64,000 bases of DNA, taken from Candidatus Latescibacterota bacterium. Lineage in GTDB: Bacteria > Latescibacterota > UBA2968 > GCA-2709665. Of the stretch, positions 18,273 through 27,169 are shown in pieces. The stretch's first letter is position 1. Every line of letters begins with the position of its first letter. The notes below the pieces were generated by a model. The model saw only the letters and a list, made by a program, of their open reading frames with translations, made no database searches and had not been told where the DNA came from. The translations under genes and the position numbers were made by a program. Location: NCBI GenBank assembly GCA_965248435.1, contig OZ252100.1, positions 1,536,001-1,600,000 of the forward strand. The letters run 5' to 3'.

Positions 18273-19454
18273 TTATCCGAGCAGCGACAGGGCGTTCTGC
18301 GGCAGCACGTTGGCCTGTGCCAGCAAGGCTGTGCCAGACTGGACCAGGATCTGCGCCCGCGTGAATGCGGAGACTTCGCCCGCGATGTCCGCATCCCTGA
18401 TCGAGGATTCGGACGACGTGATGTTCTCTATCGCGTTCTCGTTTGAGCGGATCGTGAACGAGAGCCGGTTCTGGAAAGCACCCAGGTCACCGCGCTGCTG
18501 CGCCACGCTTGTAATCGCTAGATCGACGGAGGAGATCGAGGACTGTGCCGTGCTCTGGCTCGCAATCGAGCTGCTGCCCAGGTTCAGGACCGCCCCGGAG
18601 GCACTCATATCTCCGATGCTGACTTCGATCCGGTTGACCGCACTGTTGTCAGAACCCACCTGGAACTGACCTCCGACCCCGGCGTTGACGATCAGCTGCG
18701 TCGCGTCCAGATCACTGTCCCGGTAGCCGTCCGTCGCAGGGTTGATCCCCTCGGCCGCCTTCTGTCCACTCAGGGTCAGCTGGATCCCGAGGCGGTCGAA
18801 GTTGGCGATGATGGCACTCCCGGAGGCCACGACCCCGCCAACGGCGTCTGTGTCGAGCGCCGGGCCGATGTCGATCGTCTGGGAGACCACCCCGTTGCCG
18901 AGCGTGATCTCTCTGTCGCCGGCAACATCCTCAAAGGTGTATGTCCCTGCCTGGGCTCCCGAGATCTGAATGCCCACCGCACCTGTAGTAACTGAAGCCA
19001 GGGCCGAGGACGTACCATCCGCGGTATTTCCGAACCCCAGGAGAAGCACCTGGTTGTTATACGACGTGACGTTGGCGATCCGGTCCATTTCGTTCGTCAA
19101 CTGGACGAACTCGGCGTTGAGAGATTCCCGGTTGTCGTCGTTGATCGTCGAGGACGCGGCCTGTACGGACAGTTCCCGCATCCGGATCAGGATCGCGTTG
19201 GTCTCGTTGAGCGCGCCCTCGGCCGTCTGAATCAGGTCGGTGGCTGCCTCGGAGTTCTTTGTTGCCTGTCGCAGACCGACAATCTCGGCCCGCATCCCTT
19301 CAGAAATGCTCAGCCCTGCTGCGTCGTCTGCCGCCCTGTTGATTCGCAACCCGGACGAAAGCCGCTCGATGCGGACCTTCAGATCCCGGTTGTTTATGTT
19401 CAGGAGCCTGCGGACGTTTAAAGCAGGAATGTTGGTATTGACTCGGAGTGGCAT
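18273..19454 (-). CDS. fliC: Flagellin 1 (sigma28-dependent, intact)
   Basis: ERLSSGLRINRAADDAAGL, QTAEGAL, FQVG, LGAFQNRL, SSIRDAD, LAQAN. Confidence 0.98.
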   Translation of the reverse strand: MPLRVNTNIPALNVRRLLNINNRDLKVRIERLSSGLRINRAADDAAGLSISEGMRAEIVGLRQATKNSEAATDLIQTAEGALNETNAILIRMRELSVQAASSTINDDNRESLNAEFVQLTNEMDRIANVTSYNNQVLLLGFGNTADGTSSALASVTTGAVGIQISGAQAGTYTFEDVAGDREITLGNGVVSQTIDIGPALDTDAVGGVVASGSAIIANFDRLGIQLTLSGQKAAEGINPATDGYRDSDLDATQLIVNAGVGGQFQVGSDNSAVNRIEVSIGDMSASGAVLNLGSSSIASQSTAQSSISSVDLAITSVAQQRGDLGAFQNRLSFTIRSNENAIENITSSESSIRDADIAGEVSAFTRAQILVQSGTALLAQANVLPQNALSLLG

Positions 19455-19500
19455 CTGATAACCTCCTTGTTTGTCTCACCTCGAAACTTGAGACCGTTAC

Positions 19501-19512
19501 GGCATCCTTGCC
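19501..19512 (-). promoter_or_regulatory. CsrA-type binding hairpin in the flagellin 1 leader
   Basis: GGCA-AGGA-TGCC stem-loop with GGA in the loop, upstream of the AAGGAGG SD. Confidence 0.65.
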
Positions 19513-19658
19513 CTTAGTTGAAGCCTGAGATAGGTTCAACTTCGATTGGTCAGGAACTGTATAAACACCAACAGCCGTCGATTGGCTTAATCGTTACCCA
19601 TGCCCGAAACGCCTCACCTCCTTGCTCTGGCGCATCTATATGGTTGCCTTTTGTCTAC

Positions 19659-19686
19659 TTATCGGCAAAGCCAGAAACAGTCTTTA
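19659..19686 (-). promoter_or_regulatory. Sigma28 promoter of flagellin 1
   Basis: TAAA-N16-GCCGATAA (perfect -10). Confidence 0.88.
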
Positions 19687-19965
19687 ACCTTTTTTGACTG
19701 TGGAGGCGCAAACATCGGGTAACGTGCCAACCTCGGCAGCTGTCCTGCCAAAAGAGCCACTCCGATGGAATTCCGCTCAAACGTCCAGTGGCATCCTCCT
19801 TTACATTATTGAATGATCAATGGTTCAATTACGATCTTCGAACGGGTTCACAGCCTGGTGGAAGTTGGAGGTTATCAGATGCCGTCTGAATTTTTGTCCT
19901 GGCTTCCAACAGGATGCGTTACCATTCTGAATAACTTATTAAGACTTCGTATAACGTTGTATAAA

Positions 19966-20151
19966 CTATATCGCCCGATTCAAGATCTGCTTGAGCCCTT
20001 TTTTACCCGCTGAGCTCGAATCTTTGCCTTGATACCTGCCACGGGGGCCCCGCCTCACATTCCGGTATCCTGCAAGGAGGATTTCCTTGAGATCGCGCTT
20101 CCTCTCAGTCCCGGATCCCTGCGTTCCGGTGCCGTTTTGACCTGGGTCCAT
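19966..20151 (-). CDS. Small basic hypothetical protein (61 aa) between the flagellins
   Basis: Strong GGAGGTGA SD before the ATG, 27 nt after the flagellin 2 stop. Confidence 0.5.
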   Translation of the reverse strand: MDPGQNGTGTQGSGTERKRDLKEILLAGYRNVRRGPRGRYQGKDSSSAGKKGLKQILNRAI

Positions 20152-20178
20152 CGACTCACCTCCAAAGATCGCGATCGC

Positions 20179-21323
20179 CTACTGCAGCAGTGACAATGCC
20201 GTCTGCGGGATCGCGTTGGCCTGTGCCAGCACCGCCGTGGCGGCCTGAGTCAGGATCTGTGCCCGGGTGAATTCAGAGACCTCCTTCGCCACGTCCGCGT
20301 CGCGGATCGATGACTCAGAGGCCTGGATATTCTCAATTGCGTTGTTGGCGGACGCCACGGTAAAGGCGAGCCGGTTCTGGATGGCCCCGATGTCCGCACG
20401 CTCAGACGCCACCCTGGAGATCGCCAGATCCAGGAAGGGAATCGACTCCCGGGCGCTCGTCAGGGTCGAGATGGACGTTACAGTCAAATTCAGCTCCTTG
20501 CCGCTTGCGCGCATATCATCCAGGCCGAATTCGATACGATCCACGACCTTGTTGTCCGGTCCCACCTGGAAAGAACCCCCTGTCCCCCCCCAACCACGAG
20601 CGTCGCCCCGTCCAGGTCCCCATCCGTGTACCGATCGTCGAGCGTCAAAAGGAGGCCCACCCGGTCGAAATTCGCCACGGCGGTCGTGCCTGTGGCCACG
20701 ACCCCTCCCGAATCCAGAATCGTCCCGATATCGATCGTCTGGGTCGTGATGCCGTTTCCCAACGTGATCTGATTGTCTGTGGGGTCCGCGTCTATGAACC
20801 TGTAGGTCCCGCTGATCGAACCGGACAGCGTCACATCCTGCACGCCCGTCGTCGCACTCTGCGTGATGGCTGTGGACGCATCTCGGTCGACCGTGTTCCC
20901 GAACCCGGTCAGTAGAACCGTGTTGTTATAGGAGGTCGAGAGCGCGACCCGGTCGATCTCGGCCATAAGCTGCAAATATTCGGCCTGAAGATTGGACCGA
21001 TTGCTGTCGTTCACGGTCGAGGAAGCGGCTTGAACCGCGAGCTCCCGCATCCGGATCATCATCGCACTCGTCTGGTTGAGCGCCCCCTCAGCGGTCTGGG
21101 AGAGGTTGGTCGCCTGCTCCGCATTCCTGACCGCCTGGGTCAACCCGCCGATCTCGGCCCGCATTCCCTCGCTGATCGCCAGCCCGGCGGCGTCGTCTGC
21201 CGCGCGGTTGATGCGAAGCCCGGACGCCAGGCGCTCGATTCGAGTCGCCAGCGTTCGGCTGTTCACGCCCAGGGCCCGGCGCGCGGTGAGTGCGGTGATA
21301 TTGTTGTTTACACGAAGTGGCAT
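20179..21323 (-). pseudogene. fliC: Flagellin 2 (sigma54-dependent), frameshifted at a G8 run
   Basis: N-half (ORF 20490..21323) and C-half (20179..20565) align to flagellin 1; one extra G at 20584-20591 restores VVGGGTGGSFQVGPDN (381 aa). Confidence 0.9.
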
Positions 21324-21367
21324 CGAGGTTCCTCCTTGAATGGGTTTCCGCCACGTTTGCCCGGTGC

Positions 21368-21379
21368 GATATCCTTATC
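21368..21379 (-). promoter_or_regulatory. CsrA-type binding hairpin in the flagellin 2 leader
   Basis: GATA-AGGA-TATC stem-loop, 44 nt upstream of the ATG, similar spacing to the flagellin 1 box. Confidence 0.65.
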
Positions 21380-21411
21380 AATCCGGATGGAGTGGCTCCG
21401 GTATGGAAAGG

Positions 21412-21427
21412 AGCAACGAATATGCCA
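21412..21427 (-). promoter_or_regulatory. Sigma54 promoter of flagellin 2
   Basis: TGGCAT-ATTCG-TTGCT, canonical -24/-12 spacing. Confidence 0.85.
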
Positions 21428-21600
21428 CGCAGAGGTGCTCGAGCGCCTTCCTGCGCATAAACACATATTTAACTGGTACTTATATCTAGTATCCGATCTC
21501 GATTTTTCCCGGAGAATCGGGAATAACCCACTCGCGAGACCAGGCTCGTGAAAATTTTTCCCACCCCGCGATGGAACTGCCGACTGCCAAAATAATCTGC

Positions 21601-21674
21601 GTAGAGACGCCCCGGTGGGGCGTCTCCCCGACCGGGCACGAAAAAACGCCGCCAGAAACCAGATCTGACGGCGT
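21601..21674. repeat. GTAG REP plus terminator-like repeat (second copy at 47291-47350)
   Basis: GTAGAGACGCCCC-GGT-GGGGCGTCTC followed by a 41-nt segment with one mismatch to 47310-47350; hairpin plus T6 on the minus strand. Confidence 0.85.
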
Positions 21675-21702
21675 CGCATTCTAACCACGAATCACTTCTA
21701 CG

Positions 21703-22449
21703 TTACGGCCCCTCTCTCAGCAGTCTGAAACCGATGCAGTGAAAGCGTCGGCCGGGCGCATAGCCGTACCTGAAAGCCGACCGAACGGCCCTGCTCAGGC
21801 TCGAGAATCCACTTCCCCTTAGCACGCGAATCGTTCCCTTTTCCGGACCCTGGGGATCGGTCTGAGGTTCGGCGGGATAATCACCGTGCAAATCCAACAC
21901 CCACTCCCAGACATTCCCGTGCATGTCGTGGATTCCGAGCGGGTTGGGGGACTTGGTCCCGACCGGGTGAGCATACCGCTCACCTGCCTCCCACGCATTG
22001 CCTCGATACCACGCATAATCACCCGCATCACCCTCTTCCTCCCCGAATGACCAGGGCGTGGTCGTACCTGCCCGGCAGGCATACTCCCATTCTGCCTCTG
22101 TGGGCAGCCTGTAGGGCGCCGCCCCCTCATCGACGTTCAACCGCTCCACGAACGCCTGCGCATCTTCCCAGGATACGAAGACCGCGGGATGAGCAGGGTT
22201 TTCAAGGACATACTCCTGATTTTCCCAGGGCCGAGAACTCATTAACGCCGCCCAGACCGCCCGCGTAACCGTGTACTTTCCCAGGTAAAACCCTCGCGTG
22301 ATCGTGACCTCGTGTTGTGGACCCTCGTCGTCCCACCTTCCAGCCTCAGACTCTGGGGACCCCATCATAAAGGTCCCCGGTTCGATCCACACCATCTCCA
22401 GCTCTACACCCTCCGGAACGGCGAAGGTCTTGTCTGTATCTACTGACAC
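21703..22449 (-). CDS. FGE-sulfatase (SUMF1/EgtB/PvdO) domain protein
   Basis: GTFMMGS, EGPQHEV, VSWEDA, RLPTEAEWEYACRAG, DMHGNVWEW, IGFRL. Confidence 0.92.
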   Translation of the reverse strand: MSVDTDKTFAVPEGVELEMVWIEPGTFMMGSPESEAGRWDDEGPQHEVTITRGFYLGKYTVTRAVWAALMSSRPWENQEYVLENPAHPAVFVSWEDAQAFVERLNVDEGAAPYRLPTEAEWEYACRAGTTTPWSFGEEEGDAGDYAWYRGNAWEAGERYAHPVGTKSPNPLGIHDMHGNVWEWVLDLHGDYPAEPQTDPQGPEKGTIRVLRGSGFSSLSRAVRSAFRYGYAPGRRFHCIGFRLLREGP

Positions 22450-22573
22450 GATTCATACCTCCAGGAAACAGCTTCCGAATCAACTGCCGGCTTTCGACCA
22501 AACGATAAGGTCTGGACCCAGAACGCGCAAACGGTTTTACAATTAGCGGCATCCCGCGTTGTCGGCACGAACA

Positions 22574-22607
22574 AAAAGAAAGGGGAGCCGAATGCTCGGC
22601 TCCCCCT
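22574..22607 (-). terminator. Terminator of the glycosylation block
   Basis: AGGGGAGCCGA-4 nt-TCGGCTCCCCT followed by TTCTTTTT on the minus strand. Confidence 0.85.
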
Positions 22608-22628
22608 GTCCTGAACAAGAAAACGAAT

Positions 22629-23552
22629 TCAACTATACGGCAGTACGCTCGAAAAATGCCTCTCTACGATAGGTTCCAGAATCTCCTCCCTCCAGGGCAG
22701 AATGTCGTAAATCTCCCCGCCACCCTCGATGATCCGCTTCTCGACCCGCCCCGACGCCTCTTCAAGGAAGTAGATCTCCATCGTGTCCGAAAGGACTTCA
22801 CCGTGCCGCGTCGAACTCCCGCCCAGGTACCAACCCCCGTCTGCGTGGCAGGCCCCCCTCAGGAAATGGTCCTCAGTCACCCGATATTGGGCTTTCTCCC
22901 TCAGTAGACTGTCCCCGTTGAATTCGCAGACGTGAAAAATTCCAGTGGCCGAAGAGCAGAGGTAGAGGTCAGGCTCGATGTACTTGAGGGAATGGGGGTG
23001 ATTGAAGCCGCAGCCGACGACCCTCCCTTCGCCGTGGCCTTCACTCCCAGTCACGTTCAGCACGAGCCCGTATCCCCCGCTGCACCAGTCCTCCCAGGAT
23101 GTCTGCTCCCTCGCCTCCCGCCAGGGCCGGTAGTCGAAACAGGAGCCCAGAATACCGTGAGGCGTCACGGCGAAATCGTTCAAGTGAATCGCATCTTGAA
23201 GGCCGTCTCCCCAGGACCGAATCGGCTCGTAGGTTTTTTCGATTTCCCCGTTCCTGTTGAGAACAACCACTCGGGAGTTGCCGGTATCGACCACCCCCAC
23301 GGACAGCTCGTCGATCACGTGGACACTGTGCGCAAGCGCCTCGTGTCTGCCCTTGAGTTCAGTCCGTACGTATCGGTCAGGCATCACACGGGTGACAAAA
23401 CTGTCTCCCGAAAGCAGGAGGTCGTTTCCGTGATAACCCGCCCCGCATACCCGGATCAGTTTCTGCGGGCAGGTCCAAAAAATCTCGCCCTTGTCCCAAT
23501 CGTAACCGACCAATGAGAGGTTCGTATTCACGCAAGCCAGCAGGAGCTTCAT
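22629..23552 (-). CDS. Hypothetical beta-propeller-like protein (DUF4915-like)
   Basis: Repeated short strands with His motifs AHSVH, DAIHLND, HPHSL and FLRGA; GGAGG SD. Confidence 0.6.
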   Translation of the reverse strand: MKLLLACVNTNLSLVGYDWDKGEIFWTCPQKLIRVCGAGYHGNDLLLSGDSFVTRVMPDRYVRTELKGRHEALAHSVHVIDELSVGVVDTGNSRVVVLNRNGEIEKTYEPIRSWGDGLQDAIHLNDFAVTPHGILGSCFDYRPWREAREQTSWEDWCSGGYGLVLNVTGSEGHGEGRVVGCGFNHPHSLKYIEPDLYLCSSATGIFHVCEFNGDSLLREKAQYRVTEDHFLRGACHADGGWYLGGSSTRHGEVLSDTMEIYFLEEASGRVEKRIIEGGGEIYDILPWREEILEPIVERHFSSVLPYS

Positions 23553-23569
23553 GTCTCGAAAATCCTCCC

Positions 23570-26500
23570 TTATATCTTGCTGTCGTGGAGGCCACCGTCA
23601 AGCACTGTGACCTGTTCAGAACACAGGCGCGCCGCCTCCGGAACGCCCATCTTTTCGTAACACGCCCCAAGCCTGCGAAAGAATTCGGGGTCTGTGGGAA
23701 ACCTCTGGATGAGATTTTCATAGATCGACACGGCCTTGCCCGCCTCGCCGATCGACTGATAGACTTCCCCGAGTTGCAGAGAGATCGCGACAGAATCCCC
23801 ATCAAGCAAATACGCCGCCTCGAACGCCAGTCTGGAACACATCAGATGCTGCTTCTGAATCAGCATCCGTCCCGCTTCTCCGAGCAGCTGGGCCATCTCT
23901 CCAGATTCTAGGTGTGAGGGCAGATCTACATCCAGGGCCTCTCCATATACTGACCCCACGACTTCGCTCACGAGGTTCTGCACCCTTTCGAGCCTGCCAG
24001 ACGCCAGGTCCGCCACGCACTGCCCCAAGTCCACGTCCAGCAGCCCTCGCTTCTTTTCCCGAACCCGGGCGAACATCTCAGAGGCTTCTTCATAGCGCCC
24101 CTGATCTAGAAACAGATGTCCCAGATTGGCCTGGGGTTCGTAAGAGGCCTCGCTCCGTTCATCCGCCTTCCCGTAAAACTCCTCGGCTGCATCCAGGTTC
24201 CTCCGACGTTTTGCAATGAATCCGAGGTTCAGATAAGGTTCCGGCATGTCGGGATCGGCTTCCAGTGCCTCGTGAAACCAACGTTCAGCCGTCGTTTCAT
24301 CACCGTCTTCAAGGTAAAACGTGCCCCGGTTGAACCGGTGTTTCGGGTCGTCGGGGTCGCGCTGAAGCGCCTCCTCCAATGCCTGTATCGCTTTTTCCCG
24401 TAAACCCATCTTCCTGTAGACCGTGGACAGGGCGCCGAGTGCGCCGCTTCGAACGGTATCGATCTCGGATGCCTCTCGATACGCCTCTGCAGCCTCGTGG
24501 AGCCGCCCTTTTATTACAAGGTTCTGACCTGTGAAAAATCGGATCGAGTACTTCACGGCCCGAGGATCTTTTGAAGCAAAAGTGACCTGGTCCTCGAACG
24601 CCTGTGCCCGGCCCAGCGCCTCGAGCGCCTTCTCCGTTTCACCCATCTGCGTGTGGCATTCGCCGAGGGTCAGATTCGTCGTCGCATACTCGTCATCCAG
24701 AGTCTGGGCCTTCAGCAGGTGGGGAAGCGCCTTGCCGTACTCCATTTTTCTCATCCAGCACCGCCCCAGGAAGAGATAGGCTGTCGTCTCGATCACCAGG
24801 TTTCGGTCCTCGTGACATTTCCCATCGCTCAGGATCCGCTCATAACCTGCGATCGCCCGATCGAAGTCCCCCCATATGTAATACGTCATCGCCACGTGCG
24901 ATCGCACGATATAGTCGTCGGGGTGTGATTCGACCCAGTTCTCCATGATCCTGAGGTAGCGCTCCTGCTTCTCCCTGACGACCTCCGGCGTCGTGTAACC
25001 GGTATGTACGACCTGGATGTCAGTCGCCTCACACTTGATGTTCAACCTGGAAAGGGAGGGCGTCACCTGTTCGTGAACGGGCATCGTAAAAGCGACACCG
25101 GGCAGGTTCGGAAACAGACGCAGCTGCAGGCAGCTGATAGGCTCATACCCTCGGCTGTCCAGCACGAAATAATAGGCCTTGTCCCTGCCCTTTTTCATCA
25201 AAGCACGGATTTTCTGATGGGCCTCCGCAGGCAACAGGTCATCCGCATCCAGCCAGAGGATCCAGTCTCCGGTGGCCAGTGGGAGCGAAACGTTCCGTGC
25301 GGCCGACCAATCGTCGCACCATTCGAAATGCCCGATCTTTGCCCCGTATCTCCGTGCGACCTCCTCCGTCCCGTCGCTGGAGCCTGTATCCACGACAACG
25401 ATCTCGTCAACGAGTCCCTTCACGCTCTCCAGACAGTTCCCCAGCCGATGCGCTTCGTTGCGCGCGATCATGCAGAGGGTCAGCCTCTCTTTCTGGCCGC
25501 CCGAATCCCGGACCTTTTCCGCTCCGGTCCCGAGCCGTTTGACCCGCGACAGGTTCTCTCGAATCGTCTGCTCTCCCGGCGCGAGATCGTGTGCGCGCTG
25601 GTAGTATCCTTCGGCAGCTTCCAGATCCCTGCTCCGCTGCTTAAGTGTCCCTAAATTGTTCATCGCCTCATAGCAGGCAGGGTTCTGCTCCAAAGCCCTA
25701 TGATAGGCCGCCTCTTCGGTTTCACGATCGCCCAGCTTTCCCAGGATTTCTCCCTGAACCAGATAGACAAACTCGCCCTTCAGATAGGGTCCGGACGAAC
25801 CAGGCCGCGCCTCCAGCAGCGTCGCGCACCGGTCGATTGCCGTCCGCGCACCCTCGAAGTCACACGAATCGCGCAGCGCCAGCGCGAGCTCGTAATAGGC
25901 CTGGGGATCATCCGGCGCTTCCTCCGCCTTTTGTCGTGCCGCCGCCGCATACATGCCTGGCGATCGCTCCTTCTCGGCCGCTCCGTAGTGATGAATCGGA
26001 ACGGAACAGTCCTCGATCTGTCCACCGATCGCTTCGATGCTTCCCTCGACGAGTTCGTGCACCCTCCCCTGAAACCGGATTCGCGGGTCGTTCCGAAACA
26101 GCCTGACCTTCGTCGTCGGGTACCAGCCAGGGTGTCTCTTCTCTTCGGCATAATCACCCTTGCAGGCCTGCCACCCGACCCGGTTCGGCGCCTCGGCGTA
26201 GTTTCGCGTCGTCATTCGAAGTCCCGCGGCATCACTGTTTACGGCTGCATCTCGAATCCGCGCCCGGTCCTTTCCGGTCAGTGTTTCGTCGCAGTCGATG
26301 ACAAAGATCCAATCCCCTTTTGCTTCTCCCAACGTGGTGTTTCGCGCCTTGGAAAAATCTCCGTCCCACGGAACGTCCAGAACACGCGCCCCAGCCTTTC
26401 TGGCGACAGCCTTCGTGCCGTCTGACGATCCGGTGTCGCCGACGATGACCTCATCGGCCAGGCCCCGAACGGACTCGAGGCACGTCTCCAGGAATTTTTC

Positions 26501-26605
26501 CTCGTCCCTGGCGATCATGCACACCGAAATCGTGGGCTGTTCAGTCTCGTCCGTCATACGCTGGCGAGTCTTTTTCTGTCTCTGGGAGTGATTTTTCTGT
26601 TTCAT
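23570..26605 (-). CDS. Tandem (GT2-TPR)x2 glycosyltransferase, probable flagellin glycosyltransferase
   Basis: Two copies of (S/T)xCMIAR(D/N)E...DTGSSDGT...ARN...DxD...VHE...HxG, each followed by TPR helices. Confidence 0.9.
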   Translation of the reverse strand: MKQKNHSQRQKKTRQRMTDETEQPTISVCMIARDEEKFLETCLESVRGLADEVIVGDTGSSDGTKAVARKAGARVLDVPWDGDFSKARNTTLGEAKGDWIFVIDCDETLTGKDRARIRDAAVNSDAAGLRMTTRNYAEAPNRVGWQACKGDYAEEKRHPGWYPTTKVRLFRNDPRIRFQGRVHELVEGSIEAIGGQIEDCSVPIHHYGAAEKERSPGMYAAAARQKAEEAPDDPQAYYELALALRDSCDFEGARTAIDRCATLLEARPGSSGPYLKGEFVYLVQGEILGKLGDRETEEAAYHRALEQNPACYEAMNNLGTLKQRSRDLEAAEGYYQRAHDLAPGEQTIRENLSRVKRLGTGAEKVRDSGGQKERLTLCMIARNEAHRLGNCLESVKGLVDEIVVVDTGSSDGTEEVARRYGAKIGHFEWCDDWSAARNVSLPLATGDWILWLDADDLLPAEAHQKIRALMKKGRDKAYYFVLDSRGYEPISCLQLRLFPNLPGVAFTMPVHEQVTPSLSRLNIKCEATDIQVVHTGYTTPEVVREKQERYLRIMENWVESHPDDYIVRSHVAMTYYIWGDFDRAIAGYERILSDGKCHEDRNLVIETTAYLFLGRCWMRKMEYGKALPHLLKAQTLDDEYATTNLTLGECHTQMGETEKALEALGRAQAFEDQVTFASKDPRAVKYSIRFFTGQNLVIKGRLHEAAEAYREASEIDTVRSGALGALSTVYRKMGLREKAIQALEEALQRDPDDPKHRFNRGTFYLEDGDETTAERWFHEALEADPDMPEPYLNLGFIAKRRRNLDAAEEFYGKADERSEASYEPQANLGHLFLDQGRYEEASEMFARVREKKRGLLDVDLGQCVADLASGRLERVQNLVSEVVGSVYGEALDVDLPSHLESGEMAQLLGEAGRMLIQKQHLMCSRLAFEAAYLLDGDSVAISLQLGEVYQSIGEAGKAVSIYENLIQRFPTDPEFFRRLGACYEKMGVPEAARLCSEQVTVLDGGLHDSKI

Positions 26606-26617
26606 CTCGACAGTTGT

Positions 26618-27169
26618 CTACTCCTCTACCTTTTCTTCAGGATTGATCATAGCCATAACCGCGACGTCGATGAACCTGTCCACCACCCAGAGGGCGTCTC
26701 TTAATACACCCTCCTTCTCGAAGCCCACCTTCTCGAGACAGCGAACCATACGGGTATTCGATCGGAACGGGGCTGAAATCACCCTGTGCATTCCCGCGCT
26801 CTTGAACGCATACTCCGTCATCAGGCCAATGGCTTCTCTTCCAAAACCGCGGTTCCAGCAGGTCTTTTCTCCGATCGTGATATGGAGATCGCATCCTCTG
26901 TGAATGGGATCGATGTTTCTGAGCATCCCGACCCCGATCGGATTCCCATCCGCATCCAGAAGGCCAAACACCTCAGACTGCGGACTGTTCAAATCAGACT
27001 CGATCATCTCCCTGAATTGAGCCTCAGTAAGGGGGCTCGGATCGTCGGAAGTCAAAGCGGCAATCTCGGGGTCGTTGTACCATCTAAGGCCCACATCCCA
27101 GAACGGGCCCTCGAACGGACACAGGCTCACCTTCTCGCCTTTGACGCGGTTCCCGTTTGACACAGTCAC
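26618..27169 (-). CDS. GNAT N-acetyltransferase (RimJ/RimL-like)
   Basis: ITIGE..WNRGFGREA, N..MVRCLEKVGFEKEGVLRD. Confidence 0.88.
   Translation of the reverse strand: MTVSNGNRVKGEKVSLCPFEGPFWDVGLRWYNDPEIAALTSDDPSPLTEAQFREMIESDLNSPQSEVFGLLDADGNPIGVGMLRNIDPIHRGCDLHITIGEKTCWNRGFGREAIGLMTEYAFKSAGMHRVISAPFRSNTRMVRCLEKVGFEKEGVLRDALWVVDRFIDVAVMAMINPEEKVEE

Noticed and set aside
19715-19730. Sigma54 promoter (TTGGCACG) upstream of flagellin 1
   Set aside because: The -24 element is present but there is no TTGC at the -12 position
21703-22449. True formylglycine-generating enzyme for the sulfatase at 42885
   Set aside because: The catalytic Cys pair region reads GSGFSSLSRAVRSAFR with no cysteines; only the fold is shared
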